Assembly (NCBI GenBank): GCA_963700145.1
Contig: OY969474.1
Coordinates: forward strand, 736,001-800,000
Length of the DNA stretch: 64,000 nt
Origin: an uncultured Acidobacteriota bacterium
GTDB lineage: Bacteria > Acidobacteriota > Thermoanaerobaculia > Multivoradales > UBA5704
Direction of reading: 5' to 3'
Positions 43,358 to 53,549 of the stretch are shown here, one piece after another. The notes below the pieces were generated by a model, which searched no databases, was not told where the DNA came from, and was given only the letters and a program-made list of their open reading frames with translations. The translations under genes and the position numbers were made by a program. Each line of letters starts with the position of its first letter. Within the stretch, counting starts at the first letter, position 1.

Positions 43358-44830
43358 ATGGCACTGGAACAGAAACTCTCGCTCAAGCTGGCGCAGAAGC
43401 TGGTGATGACGCCGTCGCTGCAGCAGGCGATCAAGCTGCTGCAGATGACGCGCATGGAGCTCGAGACGCTGCTCACCCAGGAGCTGGTCGAGAACCCGGT
43501 GCTGGAGGAGAACGAGGCGACGCCCGAGGAGGAGGCCCCGGCGGAGGAGGAGCGGCCGCAGGAGGCGGCGGCGAACGGCGACACCCCCGACCACGCCGAG
43601 TCGATGGAGAACATCGACCTCGACGCCTACTTCGGCGACTACTGGGAGAGCTCGGCCTATTCCTCGATGGCCGAGGAGCGCGAAGACCCGCCGATCGAGA
43701 ACAGCCTCAGCCGCGAGCCCGACCTCTACGACCACCTGCTTTGGCAGCTCCACATGGCCGAGGTGCCGCCGCGGCTGCGCGAGATCGGCGAGCTGATCAT
43801 CGGCAACCTGAACCCCGACGGGTTCCTCGCCGCCACCGCCGAAGAGATCCAGGCGATGGGCGATCCGATCGAGGCGGGGGAGGAGTCGGGCCGGGCCTAC
43901 ACCCTCGACGAGGTCCACCAGGCCCTCGAGCTGATCCGCAGCTTCGACCCGCCCGGCATCGCCTGCCGCGACCTCCGGGAGAGCCTGCTGCGCCAGCTCG
44001 ACGTCCTCGGAATCGGGGACGACGATCTTGCCCGCCGCGTCGTCGCCGAGGCCTGGGACCTCTTCCTGCGCCGCCAGTTCCCGGCGGTGGCCAAGAAGCT
44101 GGGGGTGGAGCTCGCCGAGCTGGAGCCGGCGGTCGAGCTGATCCGCAGCCTCGAGACCCAGCCGGGCCGGAAGTTCTCGACCGAGCGCACCCACTACATC
44201 GAGCCTGACGTCTTCGTCCGCCGGGTGGGCGACGAGTACGTCATCCAGCTCAACGACGACGGCCTGCCGCGCCTGCGCGTCAGCCGCGCCTACCGCCGCA
44301 TGCTCCAGACCATGCGCAGCGAGGGCCGGCAGAGCGAGGCGCAGCAGTTCATCAAGGACAAGATCCGCTCGGCGGTGTGGCTGATCAAGAGCCTGGATCA
44401 GCGGCAGCGGACGATCTACAAGGTGGCGGCCTCGATCATCCGCCAGCAGCGCGAGTTCCTCGACCAGGGCATCGAGTACCTGCGGCCGATGGTGCTGCGC
44501 GACGTTGCCGAAGACATCAGCATGCACGAGTCCACGGTCAGCCGCGTCGTCTCCAACAAGTACATGCACACGCCGCGCGGACTCTTCCCGATGAAGTTCT
44601 TCTTCCACAGCGGCATCGACCGCGAGTACGGCGAGAACATCTCGTCGCTGACGGTGAAGCGCAAGATCGAGCAGCTCATCCAGGCCGAGGACCCGAAGCG
44701 GCCGCTCTCCGACAGCGAGCTCATGCGGATCCTCAACCGCGAGGGGATCCAGATCGCCCGCCGCACGGTGGCCAAGTACCGCGACGAGCTCTCCATCCCG
44801 TCCTCGACCGACCGCAAGCAGATCTTCTAA
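43358..44830 (+). CDS. rpoN: RNA polymerase sigma54
   Basis: LQQAIKLLQ, MHESTVSR, RpoN box IARRTVAKYR. Confidence 0.97.
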   Translation: MALEQKLSLKLAQKLVMTPSLQQAIKLLQMTRMELETLLTQELVENPVLEENEATPEEEAPAEEERPQEAAANGDTPDHAESMENIDLDAYFGDYWESSAYSSMAEEREDPPIENSLSREPDLYDHLLWQLHMAEVPPRLREIGELIIGNLNPDGFLAATAEEIQAMGDPIEAGEESGRAYTLDEVHQALELIRSFDPPGIACRDLRESLLRQLDVLGIGDDDLARRVVAEAWDLFLRRQFPAVAKKLGVELAELEPAVELIRSLETQPGRKFSTERTHYIEPDVFVRRVGDEYVIQLNDDGLPRLRVSRAYRRMLQTMRSEGRQSEAQQFIKDKIRSAVWLIKSLDQRQRTIYKVAASIIRQQREFLDQGIEYLRPMVLRDVAEDISMHESTVSRVVSNKYMHTPRGLFPMKFFFHSGIDREYGENISSLTVKRKIEQLIQAEDPKRPLSDSELMRILNREGIQIARRTVAKYRDELSIPSSTDRKQIF

Positions 44831-44856
44831 GGCACGCGGCGACCAGGGAGACCACG

Positions 44857-45402
44857 ATGAACATCGAGTACATCGGCCGCAACTTCCACATCGACGACCG
44901 CCTCCGCGAGCACATCGCCGAGCGGCTGGAGAAGCTGAGCCGCTTCCTCGACGAGCCGATCGAGGGGCGGGTGACGCTGGAGGTCGAGAAGCACCGCCAC
45001 CGGGCCGAGATCCACCTCACCCACCGCTTCGGCGTCCTGACCGCCACCGAGGAGACCGACGGCACGATGCTCGACGCCGTCAACCTCGCCGCCGAGAAGA
45101 TCGAGCAGCAGGCCCGCCGCGTCCACAAGAAAGTGGTCGACAAGCGCCGGCGCGGCGACCGCAACGGCCACCGCTGGCCGCTCGACATCCTGGAGCGGGA
45201 GAGCGTCGAGGGCGGCGGGACGCCGCGGGTGATCTCCTCCACCCACCTGCAGATCAAGCCGATGACGATCGAAGAGGCGGCGCTGCTGCTGGAGGAGTCG
45301 AAGAACGAGTTCGTCGTCTTCCGCGACGCGAGCAGCGACCGGGTGGCCGTCCTCTACAAGCGCAAGGACAATAATTACGGACTGATTGCTCCGGAGTTTT
45401 GA
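44857..45402 (+). CDS. hpf: Ribosome hibernation promoting factor (long HPF)
   Basis: MNIEYIGRN, KPMTIEEA, YKRKDNNYGLI; follows rpoN. Confidence 0.9.
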   Translation: MNIEYIGRNFHIDDRLREHIAERLEKLSRFLDEPIEGRVTLEVEKHRHRAEIHLTHRFGVLTATEETDGTMLDAVNLAAEKIEQQARRVHKKVVDKRRRGDRNGHRWPLDILERESVEGGGTPRVISSTHLQIKPMTIEEAALLLEESKNEFVVFRDASSDRVAVLYKRKDNNYGLIAPEF

Positions 45403-45536
45403 GGTGCCCTCTGTCTGCGGGTTTGCCTTTGGCCACCCACCCGCAAAGGCGATTGACTCCGATACCCCCTCCCCGGCCCTCCCCCGCTGCGCGGTGGAGG
45501 GAGGAACGTCCGCGCTCCGCCCCGGCGCCTAGCTCG

Positions 45537-45989
45537 ATGCGCCTGGAGGCCCTCACCCGGCCGGAGCTGATCCTGCCGCAGCTCGCCGCCGCCGACGCCG
45601 AGGGCGTGCTGCGCGAGGTCGCCGACGAGATCGCCGCCGCCGGCTTGGTGCCCGACGCCGACGAGCTCTTCCAGAAGCTCGCCGAGCGCGAGCGGCTCGG
45701 CTCGACGGCGGTGGGGGGCGGGGTGGCGATCCCGCACTGCAAGCTGCGCGGCCTCGGGCAGGCGGTCGTGGCCATCGGGCGGGTCGAGCCGGGCATCGAC
45801 TTCGGCGCCGCCGACGGCGAGCCGGTGCGCGCCTTCTTCGTCGTCGTCTCCCCCTCCGAGGCGCCGGCCGAGCACCTGCGGGTGCTGTCGACGGTCGCGC
45901 GCTGGATCAAGGGGAAGGAGAACGTCGAGCAGCTCCTGGCGCTCGAGGACCGCGACCGCCTCTGGGAGCTGCTGGGAGGGGGGCGGTGA
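45537..45989 (+). CDS. ptsN: PTS EIIA(Ntr)-like
   Basis: RERLGSTAVGGGVAIPH, IDFGA.DG.PV, HLRVL. Confidence 0.85.
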   Translation: MRLEALTRPELILPQLAAADAEGVLREVADEIAAAGLVPDADELFQKLAERERLGSTAVGGGVAIPHCKLRGLGQAVVAIGRVEPGIDFGAADGEPVRAFFVVVSPSEAPAEHLRVLSTVARWIKGKENVEQLLALEDRDRLWELLGGGR

Positions 45990-46948
45990 GCGAGGAGCGC
46001 TGGGTCGCGGTGGCGGAGATCCTGGGCGACGAGCTCTCCGAGCTCCACCTCCGCGTCCTCTCCGGCGAAACCCATCTCGACAACCGGATCGTCAACCCGC
46101 GGGTGCAGAAGCCGGGGCTCGCCTTCGCCGGCTACTACGCCTACATCAAGCCGGGGCGGGTGCAGATCATCGGCGAGAGCGAGACCGAGTACCTGAAGAC
46201 CCTCGACGCCGAGGAGCGGCAGGAGCGCTTCGACCGGATCACCGCGCTGCCGGTGCCGGTCTTCGTCATCACCAAGGGGATCGAGCCGCTGCCGGGCTTC
46301 CTGCGCGCCTGCCAGGAGCGGGAGCTGCCGGTCCTCTCCTCGACGTCCCTCTCCTCGACGGTCATCAAGGAGATCAGCTACTTCCTCGAAGACCACCTGG
46401 TCCCCTCGACCACGCTGCACGGCGTGCTGCTCGAGATCTACGGCATCGGGGTGCTGTTGATCGGCGAGAGCGGGGTGGGCAAGAGCGAGTCGGCGCTCGA
46501 CCTCATCTCCCGCGGCCACAGCCTGGTGGCCGACGACCGGGTGACCGTGCGCCGCTACCCCAACGGCGAGCTGGTGGGCTACTCGGAGGGGCCGCTGCGC
46601 CACCACATGGAGCTGCGCGGCATCGGCATCATCAACGTGCAGGACCTCTTCGGCCTGGCGGCGGTGCGCGAGCGCGCGCCGATCGACCTGGTCATCGAGC
46701 TCGAGCACTGGCAGGCCGGCCAGGCGTACGACCGCCTGGGCCTCGACGAGACCCTGTTCCCGATCCTGGACACCCCCTGCCCCTACATCCGCATGCCGAT
46801 CGCGCTGGGGCGCAACGTCAGCATCCTGGTCGAGATCGCGGCGCGCAACCACGTGCTCAAGCTCCAGGGACACCACTCCGCGCGTGAGTTCGCCCGCAAG
46901 CTCGAGGAGCAGCTTGAGCGCAACCGCAACCGACAGCTCGAAGGCTGA
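45986..46948 (+). CDS. hprK: HPr kinase/phosphorylase
   Basis: LHGV, GESGVGKSE, LVADD, ELRGIGII, GRNVS. Confidence 0.93.
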   Translation: MSEERWVAVAEILGDELSELHLRVLSGETHLDNRIVNPRVQKPGLAFAGYYAYIKPGRVQIIGESETEYLKTLDAEERQERFDRITALPVPVFVITKGIEPLPGFLRACQERELPVLSSTSLSSTVIKEISYFLEDHLVPSTTLHGVLLEIYGIGVLLIGESGVGKSESALDLISRGHSLVADDRVTVRRYPNGELVGYSEGPLRHHMELRGIGIINVQDLFGLAAVRERAPIDLVIELEHWQAGQAYDRLGLDETLFPILDTPCPYIRMPIALGRNVSILVEIAARNHVLKLQGHHSAREFARKLEEQLERNRNRQLEG

Positions 46949-47813
46949 GGAGAAGACGAAGCTGGTGCTCATCACCGGCCTCTCGGGGTCGGGGAAGAGC
47001 AGCGTCGCCAAGTGCTTCGAGGACCTCAACTACTACACGGTCGACAACCTGCCGCTGCCGCTGCTGCGGCAGTTCCTCGACAGCCCGCAGGAGCTGGCGC
47101 GCGGCTACGGCCGCATCGCGGTGGTGACCGACGTGCGCGCCCCCGGCTTCGCCGAGGAGTTCCCGCGCCTGCTCGGCGCCCTCGACCGCGAGCGGATCGA
47201 GGTGGCGCTGCTCTTCCTGGAGGCCTCCGACGAGGTGCTGGTGCGGCGCTTCTCGGAGACCCGCCGCCCGCACCCGCTGGCCCCCGACGAGCCGGTCATC
47301 GCCGGCATCCGCCGCGAGCGCGAGCTCTTGGCCGAGCTGCGGGCGCGCGCCGACATGGTGCTCGACACCAGCGCCTGGTCGATCCACGAGATCCGCAGCC
47401 AGGTCTTCCGCGAGTTCGCCACCCACCCGGGGGAGGCCGCCGGCATGGTGGTCTCGCTCGTCTCCTTCGGCTTCAAGCACGGCATCCCCTACGGCAGCGA
47501 CCTGGTCTTCGACGTGCGCTTCCTCTGCAACCCGCATTTCGTGCCGGGGCTGCGCGAGCGCACCGGGCAGGACCCGGAGGTCGAGGAATATCTCCTCCGG
47601 GAGCCCGATTACGAGGAGGTGGTGGCCCGGGTGGCCGACCTGCTGCTCTTCCTGCTGCCGCGCTACCGCAAGGAGAACCGGAGCTACGTCACCGTCGCGG
47701 TCGGCTGCACGGGCGGACGGCACCGGTCGGTCGCGGTCTGCGAGCGGCTGCGGACGCGCCTGGAGGAGGGCGGTTGGCCGGCGCGGTGCGTCCACCGCGA
47801 CCTGGCCCGATAA
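46884..47813 (+). CDS. rapZ: RNase adapter / P-loop protein RapZ
   Basis: GLSGSGKS, VDNLP, RRFSETRRPHP, SFGFKHG, DVRFL, GCTGGRHRSV. The start is uncertain. Confidence 0.92.
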   Translation: MSSPASSRSSLSATATDSSKAEEKTKLVLITGLSGSGKSSVAKCFEDLNYYTVDNLPLPLLRQFLDSPQELARGYGRIAVVTDVRAPGFAEEFPRLLGALDRERIEVALLFLEASDEVLVRRFSETRRPHPLAPDEPVIAGIRRERELLAELRARADMVLDTSAWSIHEIRSQVFREFATHPGEAAGMVVSLVSFGFKHGIPYGSDLVFDVRFLCNPHFVPGLRERTGQDPEVEEYLLREPDYEEVVARVADLLLFLLPRYRKENRSYVTVAVGCTGGRHRSVAVCERLRTRLEEGGWPARCVHRDLAR

Positions 47814-47848
47814 GGCGCTACCATAGCCGGCGGCTTCGCCCCACGACC

Positions 47849-48289
47849 ATGATCGGCACCCTGATCCTCACGCACGGCGGGATGGCGCGCGAGCTGCTCG
47901 CCTCGGCGAACGTCATCGTCGGGCCGATGCCCAACTTCGAGGCCCTGTCCCTGGAGTGGGGGGACTGCTTCGACGACGCGCAGGCCAAGATCCGCGAGGC
48001 GCTCGGCCGGCTCGAGCAGGGCGAGGGGGTGCTGATCCTCACCGACATGTTCGGCGGCACGCCGTGCAACCTGGCGGTCAAGTTCCAGAGCCCGGGGCAC
48101 GTCGAGGTGATCGGCGGCGTCAACCTGCCGATGGTGCTGCGGCTGGCCGGCCTGCGCGACGACGGCATGACGCTCGCCGAGGTCGCGCGCTGGCTGCAGG
48201 TCAAGGGGCAGCGGAGCATCTGCCTGGCGAGCGACGTGCTCGAGAGCCCGGCGGAATCCGACGGCGGCGACCGGCGCGCGGGCGGTTGA
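47849..48289 (+). CDS. PTS mannose-family EIIA
   Basis: ILTHG, LTDMFGGTPCN, GVNLPM. Confidence 0.88.
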   Translation: MIGTLILTHGGMARELLASANVIVGPMPNFEALSLEWGDCFDDAQAKIREALGRLEQGEGVLILTDMFGGTPCNLAVKFQSPGHVEVIGGVNLPMVLRLAGLRDDGMTLAEVARWLQVKGQRSICLASDVLESPAESDGGDRRAGG

Positions 48290-48294
48290 GCGGG

Positions 48295-48564
48295 GTGGTC
48301 GAGAAGGAGGTCGAGATCGTCAACCGCCTCGGTCTCCACGCCCGTGCCGCGGCCAAGCTGGTGCAGGCCGCCTCGGCCTTTCGCAGCCGCGTGCTGCTGG
48401 TGACCGACGACGAGGAGGTGGATGCCAAGAGCATCCTCGGGCTCCTGCTGCTGGCCGCCGCCCAGGGCACCCGGCTGCGAGTGCGCTGCGAGGGGCCGGA
48501 CGAGGAGGAGGCGCTGGCGGCGGTCGCGGCGCTGATCGCCAACCGATTCGAGGAGGAGAGTTGA
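48295..48564 (+). CDS. ptsH: Phosphocarrier HPr
   Basis: NRLGLHARAAA, DAKSILG, GPDEEEA. Confidence 0.92.
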   Translation: MVEKEVEIVNRLGLHARAAAKLVQAASAFRSRVLLVTDDEEVDAKSILGLLLLAAAQGTRLRVRCEGPDEEEALAAVAALIANRFEEES

Positions 48565-50411
48565 GCAGCTCGCACGACGACCGGATGCAGGTCCTCAGGG
48601 GCATCGGTGTCTCGCCGGGGATCGCCATCGGCCGCGCCGTCTCGATCGAGACGCGGACGGGGGAGATCTACCGCTTCACCCTGCCGGAGGCCGAGGTGGA
48701 GGCCGAGGTCGCGCGCCTGCACGAGGCGGTCGAGCACGCGCAGAAAGAGCTGCGGCGCATCCGCGAAAAGGCCGGCACCGAGCTGGGCAAGGAGCTGGCG
48801 GGCATCTTCGACGCCCACCTCCTGCTGATGAAGGACCCCGGCTTCCTGGGCAGGATCGAGGACCGCATCCGCGGCAAGCGGGTCAACGCCGAGTGGGCGG
48901 TGCAGAAGACGGCGGCGGAGCTCGACGAGCGCTTCGCCCAGATCGACGACCAGTACTTGCGCGGGCGCAGCGAAGACCTCACCGACGTCAGCCGCCACAT
49001 CCTGCGCAGCCTGCAGGGCATCGACCACCACGAGCTGTCCGAGATCGGCGAAGACGTGGTCATCGTCGCCGACGACCTGACGCCGGCCGACGCCGTCCGC
49101 CTGGGCCGGGAGCGGGTGGTGGGGTTCGTGATGGAGACCGGGGGCCGCACCTCGCACACCGCGATCATCGCGCGCTCCCTGCACCGCGCCGCGGTGGCGG
49201 GGGTCGAGGGGATCTCGCAGCTCAACCTCGACGAGGTGCCGGTCGTCGTCGACGGCGAGCGCGGCGAGGTGGTCATCCACCCGACGCCGGCCGTGCTGAC
49301 GCGCTACCGGCGCCGGCGCGACGAGCTGGACCGGGAGGAAGAGACGCTCCTCGCCACGGCGAAGCTGGAGGCGGTGACGCGCGACGGGGTGGCGGTGTCG
49401 CTGATGGCCAACATCGACCTCCCCGAGGAGCTTGCCGAGGTCCGCGCCTTCGGCTCGTGCGGCATCGGCCTCTACCGCAGCGAGTTCCTCTACATCGAGA
49501 AGAGCCCGGAACTGCCGAGCGAGGAGGAGCATGTCGAGCTCTACCGCCGGCTGGTCGAGGCCGCGGCGCCCGAGCCGGCGATCATCCGCACCTACGACCT
49601 CGGCGGGCGGAAGCTCGCCCGCGAGCTGATGGCGACGCACGAGGACAACCCGGTCCTCGGCCTGCGCGGCATCCGCTTGACGCTCCGCCGCCCGGACATC
49701 TTCAAGACCCAGCTCCGGGCCCTGCTGCGCGCCGCCCTCCACGGCGACCTCTGGATGCTGCTGCCGATGGTCAGCACGGTGGGGGAGGTGCGCCGCTTCC
49801 GAGCGCTCTTGGAAGAGGTGATGGCCGAGCTGGAGGCGGAGGGGACCCCGTTCCGCCGCGACGTGCCGCTCGGCGTGATGATCGAGGTGCCGGCGGCGGC
49901 GATGACCGCCGACCTGCTGGCGCGCGAGGTCGACTTCTTCTCGATCGGCACCAACGACCTGATCCAGTACGCGCTCGCCGTCGACCGCAACAACGAGCAC
50001 GTGGCCGACCTCTACCAGCCGCTTCATCCGGCCATCCTGCGCATGCTACGCTTCGTCCTCGACAGCGCGCGCGACGCCGGCATCGAGGTCAGCCTCTGCG
50101 GCGAGATGGCCGCCGACCCGCGCTGTGCTTCGCTGCTCGTCGGCCTCGGCCTTCGGCGGCTGTCGATGAGCCCGCGGGCGATCCCGGAGGTGAAGACCCG
50201 CATCCGGGAGCTCGCCGCCGGGGAGCTCGCCGAGCTTGCCGAGCGCTGCGCGCGGCTGGCCACGGCGGACGAGGTGCTGCAGCAGGTGGACGCCTACCTC
50301 GCCGCCAGCGTCCGTCCCGCCGCCGCCGGCCGCCGGCGGGCGGTTGTCGCCGAGGAGAAGGACCCGCATGCGCCTGCCGATCCGACGCGTCGAGAAGCCC
50401 TGGGGTTATGA
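48561..50411 (+). CDS. ptsI: PTS enzyme I
   Basis: GVSPGIAIG, GGRTSHTAIIAR, GIGLYRSEF, NPVLGLRG, MIEVP, SIGTNDL, CGEM. Confidence 0.95.
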   Translation: MSSSHDDRMQVLRGIGVSPGIAIGRAVSIETRTGEIYRFTLPEAEVEAEVARLHEAVEHAQKELRRIREKAGTELGKELAGIFDAHLLLMKDPGFLGRIEDRIRGKRVNAEWAVQKTAAELDERFAQIDDQYLRGRSEDLTDVSRHILRSLQGIDHHELSEIGEDVVIVADDLTPADAVRLGRERVVGFVMETGGRTSHTAIIARSLHRAAVAGVEGISQLNLDEVPVVVDGERGEVVIHPTPAVLTRYRRRRDELDREEETLLATAKLEAVTRDGVAVSLMANIDLPEELAEVRAFGSCGIGLYRSEFLYIEKSPELPSEEEHVELYRRLVEAAAPEPAIIRTYDLGGRKLARELMATHEDNPVLGLRGIRLTLRRPDIFKTQLRALLRAALHGDLWMLLPMVSTVGEVRRFRALLEEVMAELEAEGTPFRRDVPLGVMIEVPAAAMTADLLAREVDFFSIGTNDLIQYALAVDRNNEHVADLYQPLHPAILRMLRFVLDSARDAGIEVSLCGEMAADPRCASLLVGLGLRRLSMSPRAIPEVKTRIRELAAGELAELAERCARLATADEVLQQVDAYLAASVRPAAAGRRRAVVAEEKDPHAPADPTRREALGL

Positions 50412-50724
50412 GCTGATCTTCGCCCACACCGACCGCTACGTCGGCAAGATCCTCCACGTGAACCCGGGCGAGGCCCTCTCGCTCCAGTACCACGAGAAGA
50501 AGGACGAGACCCTCTACCTCGCCGAGGGGGAGGTCGAGCTGGTCGTGGAAGAGGACGGGGAGCTCCGCCACACGACGCTGCGGGCGGGGGAGTCCTACCG
50601 CATCGTCCCGTTCACCCGCCACCGCATGGTGGGGGGCGCGGCGGGGTGCGACATCATCGAGGTTTCGACGCCCGAGCTGGACGATGTCGTGCGGCTGGAG
50701 GACCGGTATGGCCGTGCGGGGTAG
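50368..50724 (+). CDS. Cupin protein (mannose-6-phosphate isomerase-like)
   Basis: VEKPWGYE, LSLQYH..KDET, HRM, EVSTPELDDVVRLEDRYGR. Confidence 0.85.
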   Translation: MRLPIRRVEKPWGYELIFAHTDRYVGKILHVNPGEALSLQYHEKKDETLYLAEGEVELVVEEDGELRHTTLRAGESYRIVPFTRHRMVGGAAGCDIIEVSTPELDDVVRLEDRYGRAG

Positions 50725-51535
50725 GAGCTGGCTGCTCGCGAGCCTGCTACTCGCCGCCTGCGCCCAGGCGCCGCAGCCGGTCCAGCCGGCGGAGGCCAAG
50801 CCGGAGGCGGTGCAGCCGCCGGAGGCGGCCGCGGAGCCCGCGGCCGAGCCGGCTCCGCCCGCGACGGAGGCCGAGCCCGCGGCGCCGGCGCCCCCTCCCG
50901 ACCCGACGGTCATCGTCATCGAGCCCGGCGGGGTGGACAGCGGCGACGTCGACCTGGTGGCGGCGTCCACGGCCGAGCGGGAGCGCCGCGCCGCCGCGCC
51001 GCCCGTCACCCGGAGCATCACCAACCAGAACCTGGTCAAGGCCAAGCCGGGCGAAAAGTCGCCCGGCAAGCCGGTGAAGCCGGCCGAGCCGGCGGGCGCC
51101 GCGCCGGCCGCAGCGGCTCCGGGCGGGAGCGGGGAAGCGTTCTGGCGCAGCCGGTCGCGCGAGCTGCGGCAGCGCTGGAAGGACGTGGTGGACGAGGTCG
51201 CCGACCTGGAGAGCGACGCCGATCTCCTCCGCCGCCGCTTCTACGCCGAGGCCGACCCGTACGTCCGCGACGGCCGGATCAAGCCGGACTGGGACCGGGT
51301 GCTCGACCGCATCCGGACGCTGCGGGAAGAGGCGGAGCGGCGGCGCGAAGCGGTGACGGCCCACCTCGAGGAGGGGCGGCGGGCGGGCGCTCTGCCCGGG
51401 TGGCTGCGGGAGGGGATCGACCTCGAGCCGGCGGCCGAGGGCGCGCGGCCCGAGGAGGGGGCGCACGAGTCCGTCGAGCCGCCGATCTACCCCGAGCCGC
51501 GCGAGCCGATCGGCGACGAGGACGGCGACGGATGA
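50708..51535 (+). CDS. Hypothetical lipoprotein
   Basis: Lipobox LLAAC, Pro/Ala-rich linker, ITNQNL, coiled coil, GALPGWLR. Confidence 0.65.
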   Translation: MAVRGRSWLLASLLLAACAQAPQPVQPAEAKPEAVQPPEAAAEPAAEPAPPATEAEPAAPAPPPDPTVIVIEPGGVDSGDVDLVAASTAERERRAAAPPVTRSITNQNLVKAKPGEKSPGKPVKPAEPAGAAPAAAAPGGSGEAFWRSRSRELRQRWKDVVDEVADLESDADLLRRRFYAEADPYVRDGRIKPDWDRVLDRIRTLREEAERRREAVTAHLEEGRRAGALPGWLREGIDLEPAAEGARPEEGAHESVEPPIYPEPREPIGDEDGDG

Positions 51536-52884
51536 GCGGCGCCGCGCCGGGAGCGAAGCCCCGCCGCTTCTTCATCGAGACCTGGGGCTGCCAGATGAAC
51601 GAGCTGGACAGCCAGCGTTTGGCCGGTCAGCTCATGCAGCAGGGGGTGCTGCCGACGCGCGCGCCCGACGAGGCCGACGTCATCCTCCTCAACTCCTGCA
51701 GCGTCCGCGAGAAGGCCGAGCAGAAGGTCTACTCGCGCCTCGGCGAGTACCGCAAGCTCAAGGAGCAGAACGAGTTGCTGCTGATCGGCCTGTGCGGCTG
51801 CGTGGCCCAGCAGGAGGGCGAGCGGGCGCTCCGGCGGGTGCCCGACCTGGACTTCGTGATCGGGCCGGCGCGAGTGGGGGAGCTGGGGCGGGTCATCGCC
51901 GAGCGGCGGGCCGGGCGCCGGGTGGTGGCGACCGGCTTCCCTGAGGAGCGGAGCTACGACATCGACGCGGTCTCCCGCCAGGGCGAGTACAAGGGGATGG
52001 TCACGATCATCGAGGGGTGCGACAAGGTCTGCACCTTCTGCATCGTGCCCAAGACCCGCGGCCCGGAACGCAGCCGGCCGCTCGCCGAGGTGGTGCGCGA
52101 GGTGCGCCACCTGATCGACTACGGCTTCCTCGAGATCGAGCTCCTCGGCCAGACGGTCAACCACTGGCGTGAGCCGGCCGGCGGCGCCGACTTCGCCGAC
52201 CTGCTGGCCGCGGTGGCGCCGCTGGACGGCCTGGCGCGCCTGCGGTTCGTCACCTCCTACCCGCGCGATTTCACGCCGCGCATGGTCGAGCAGGTCGGGC
52301 GCCACGAGAACATCTGCCCGTATCTGCACCTCCCTGTCCAGTCGGGCTCCGACCGGGTGCTGCGGCGGATGGGTCGCGGCTACGCCCGCGCCGACTACCT
52401 CGAGCTGGTCGGCCGCCTGCGGGCGGCACGGCGGCGGCTCGCCCTCTCGACCGACTTCATCGTCGGCTTTCCGGGCGAGACCGAGGACGACTTCCAGCAG
52501 ACGCTCGACCTGGTCGCCGAGGTGCGCTTCGCCGCGCTCTACGCCTTCAAGTACTCGCCGCGTCCGCTCACCGCCGCGCCGCGCCTCGACGGCGCCGTGC
52601 CGGCCGAGGTGGCCGACGAGCGGCTGCAGCGCCTCTTCGCGCTCCAGGAGAGGATCCAGCGCGAGATCAACGCGACCCTGGTGGGGGAGGAGCACGAGGT
52701 CCTGGTGACCGGCTGGGCCCGCCAGCCCGGTTTCCTCACCGGCCGCACCGCCTGCCACCGCGCCGTGCATTTCGCCGCCGGCGCCGAGCCGGCGCCGCTC
52801 GGCCGGCTCGCCCGCGTCGTCATCGAGCGCGCCCTGCCGCACAGCCTCGCCGGCCGCCGTCTCGACCTCCCCGCCGCGGCCTAG
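51532..52884 (+). CDS. miaB: tRNA methylthiotransferase MiaB
   Basis: TWGCQMN, NSCSVRE, GCVAQ, CDKVCTFC, HLPVQSG, IVGFPGET, TRAM-like tail. Confidence 0.94.
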   Translation: MSGAAPGAKPRRFFIETWGCQMNELDSQRLAGQLMQQGVLPTRAPDEADVILLNSCSVREKAEQKVYSRLGEYRKLKEQNELLLIGLCGCVAQQEGERALRRVPDLDFVIGPARVGELGRVIAERRAGRRVVATGFPEERSYDIDAVSRQGEYKGMVTIIEGCDKVCTFCIVPKTRGPERSRPLAEVVREVRHLIDYGFLEIELLGQTVNHWREPAGGADFADLLAAVAPLDGLARLRFVTSYPRDFTPRMVEQVGRHENICPYLHLPVQSGSDRVLRRMGRGYARADYLELVGRLRAARRRLALSTDFIVGFPGETEDDFQQTLDLVAEVRFAALYAFKYSPRPLTAAPRLDGAVPAEVADERLQRLFALQERIQREINATLVGEEHEVLVTGWARQPGFLTGRTACHRAVHFAAGAEPAPLGRLARVVIERALPHSLAGRRLDLPAAA

Positions 52885-52898
52885 AACGTGCATCGGGG

Positions 52899-52927
52899 TT
52901 GACCGCCGCGACGGCGCCCCGCACAAT
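52899..52927 (+). promoter_or_regulatory. Sigma70-like promoter
   Basis: TTGACC-17 bp-CACAAT just before the ATG at 52937. Confidence 0.45.
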
Positions 52928-52936
52928 GGCCTTTCG

Positions 52937-53437
52937 ATGAGCGAGACCAACCAGGAGATCCGGATGGAGATCAAGGGGTTGATGCTCGACCCCACCTCCA
53001 ACGTCCCGATCGTCATCCTGCGCGACCTCGAGAGCGACCTCTTCCTGCCGATCTGGATCGGCGGCTTCGAGGCCCACGCCATCGCGCTCCGCATCGAAGG
53101 GGTGGAAGTCCCGCGCCCGCTCACTCACGACCTCCTCCGCGCGGTGGTCGAGCAGCTCGGCGCCGCGGTGGAGAAGATCGTCATCTCCGACCTCCGCGAC
53201 AACACCTTCTTCGCGCTCATCCACCTGACTCACGAAAGCGGCGCGCTGACGGTGGACTCGCGTCCGAGCGATGCCATCGCGCTGGCGCTGCGGACGGAAG
53301 CGCCGATCTTCGTCCTCCGCTCGGTGCTCGAGAAGGCGCAGGCGGTGGACCTGGCGAGCCAGGCGAGCGACGACGAGAAGCTGCGGAAGTGGCTCGAAGA
53401 GATGAGCCCGGAAGACCTCGGCAAGTACACGATGTAG
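52937..53437 (+). CDS. Bifunctional nuclease family (DUF151)
   Basis: LPIWIG..EA.AI, PRPLTHDL, DSRPSDAIALA. Confidence 0.9.
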   Translation: MSETNQEIRMEIKGLMLDPTSNVPIVILRDLESDLFLPIWIGGFEAHAIALRIEGVEVPRPLTHDLLRAVVEQLGAAVEKIVISDLRDNTFFALIHLTHESGALTVDSRPSDAIALALRTEAPIFVLRSVLEKAQAVDLASQASDDEKLRKWLEEMSPEDLGKYTM

Positions 53438-53478
53438 CCGTCGCCGTAATCCCCTCAATCAACGTAACTTAGAGTAAT

Positions 53479-53535
53479 TGTCGGCGCGCCGACATCGGCG
53501 GCTGCATTGACCGGCTGGGAGTGGTCTCGTACACT
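53479..53535 (+). promoter_or_regulatory. parA promoter with upstream perfect 16-bp palindrome
   Basis: TGTCGGCGCGCCGACA (53479-53494), then TTGACC-17 bp-TACACT (53507-53535). Confidence 0.6.
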
Positions 53536-53549
53536 GCCGGCGTCCTTCC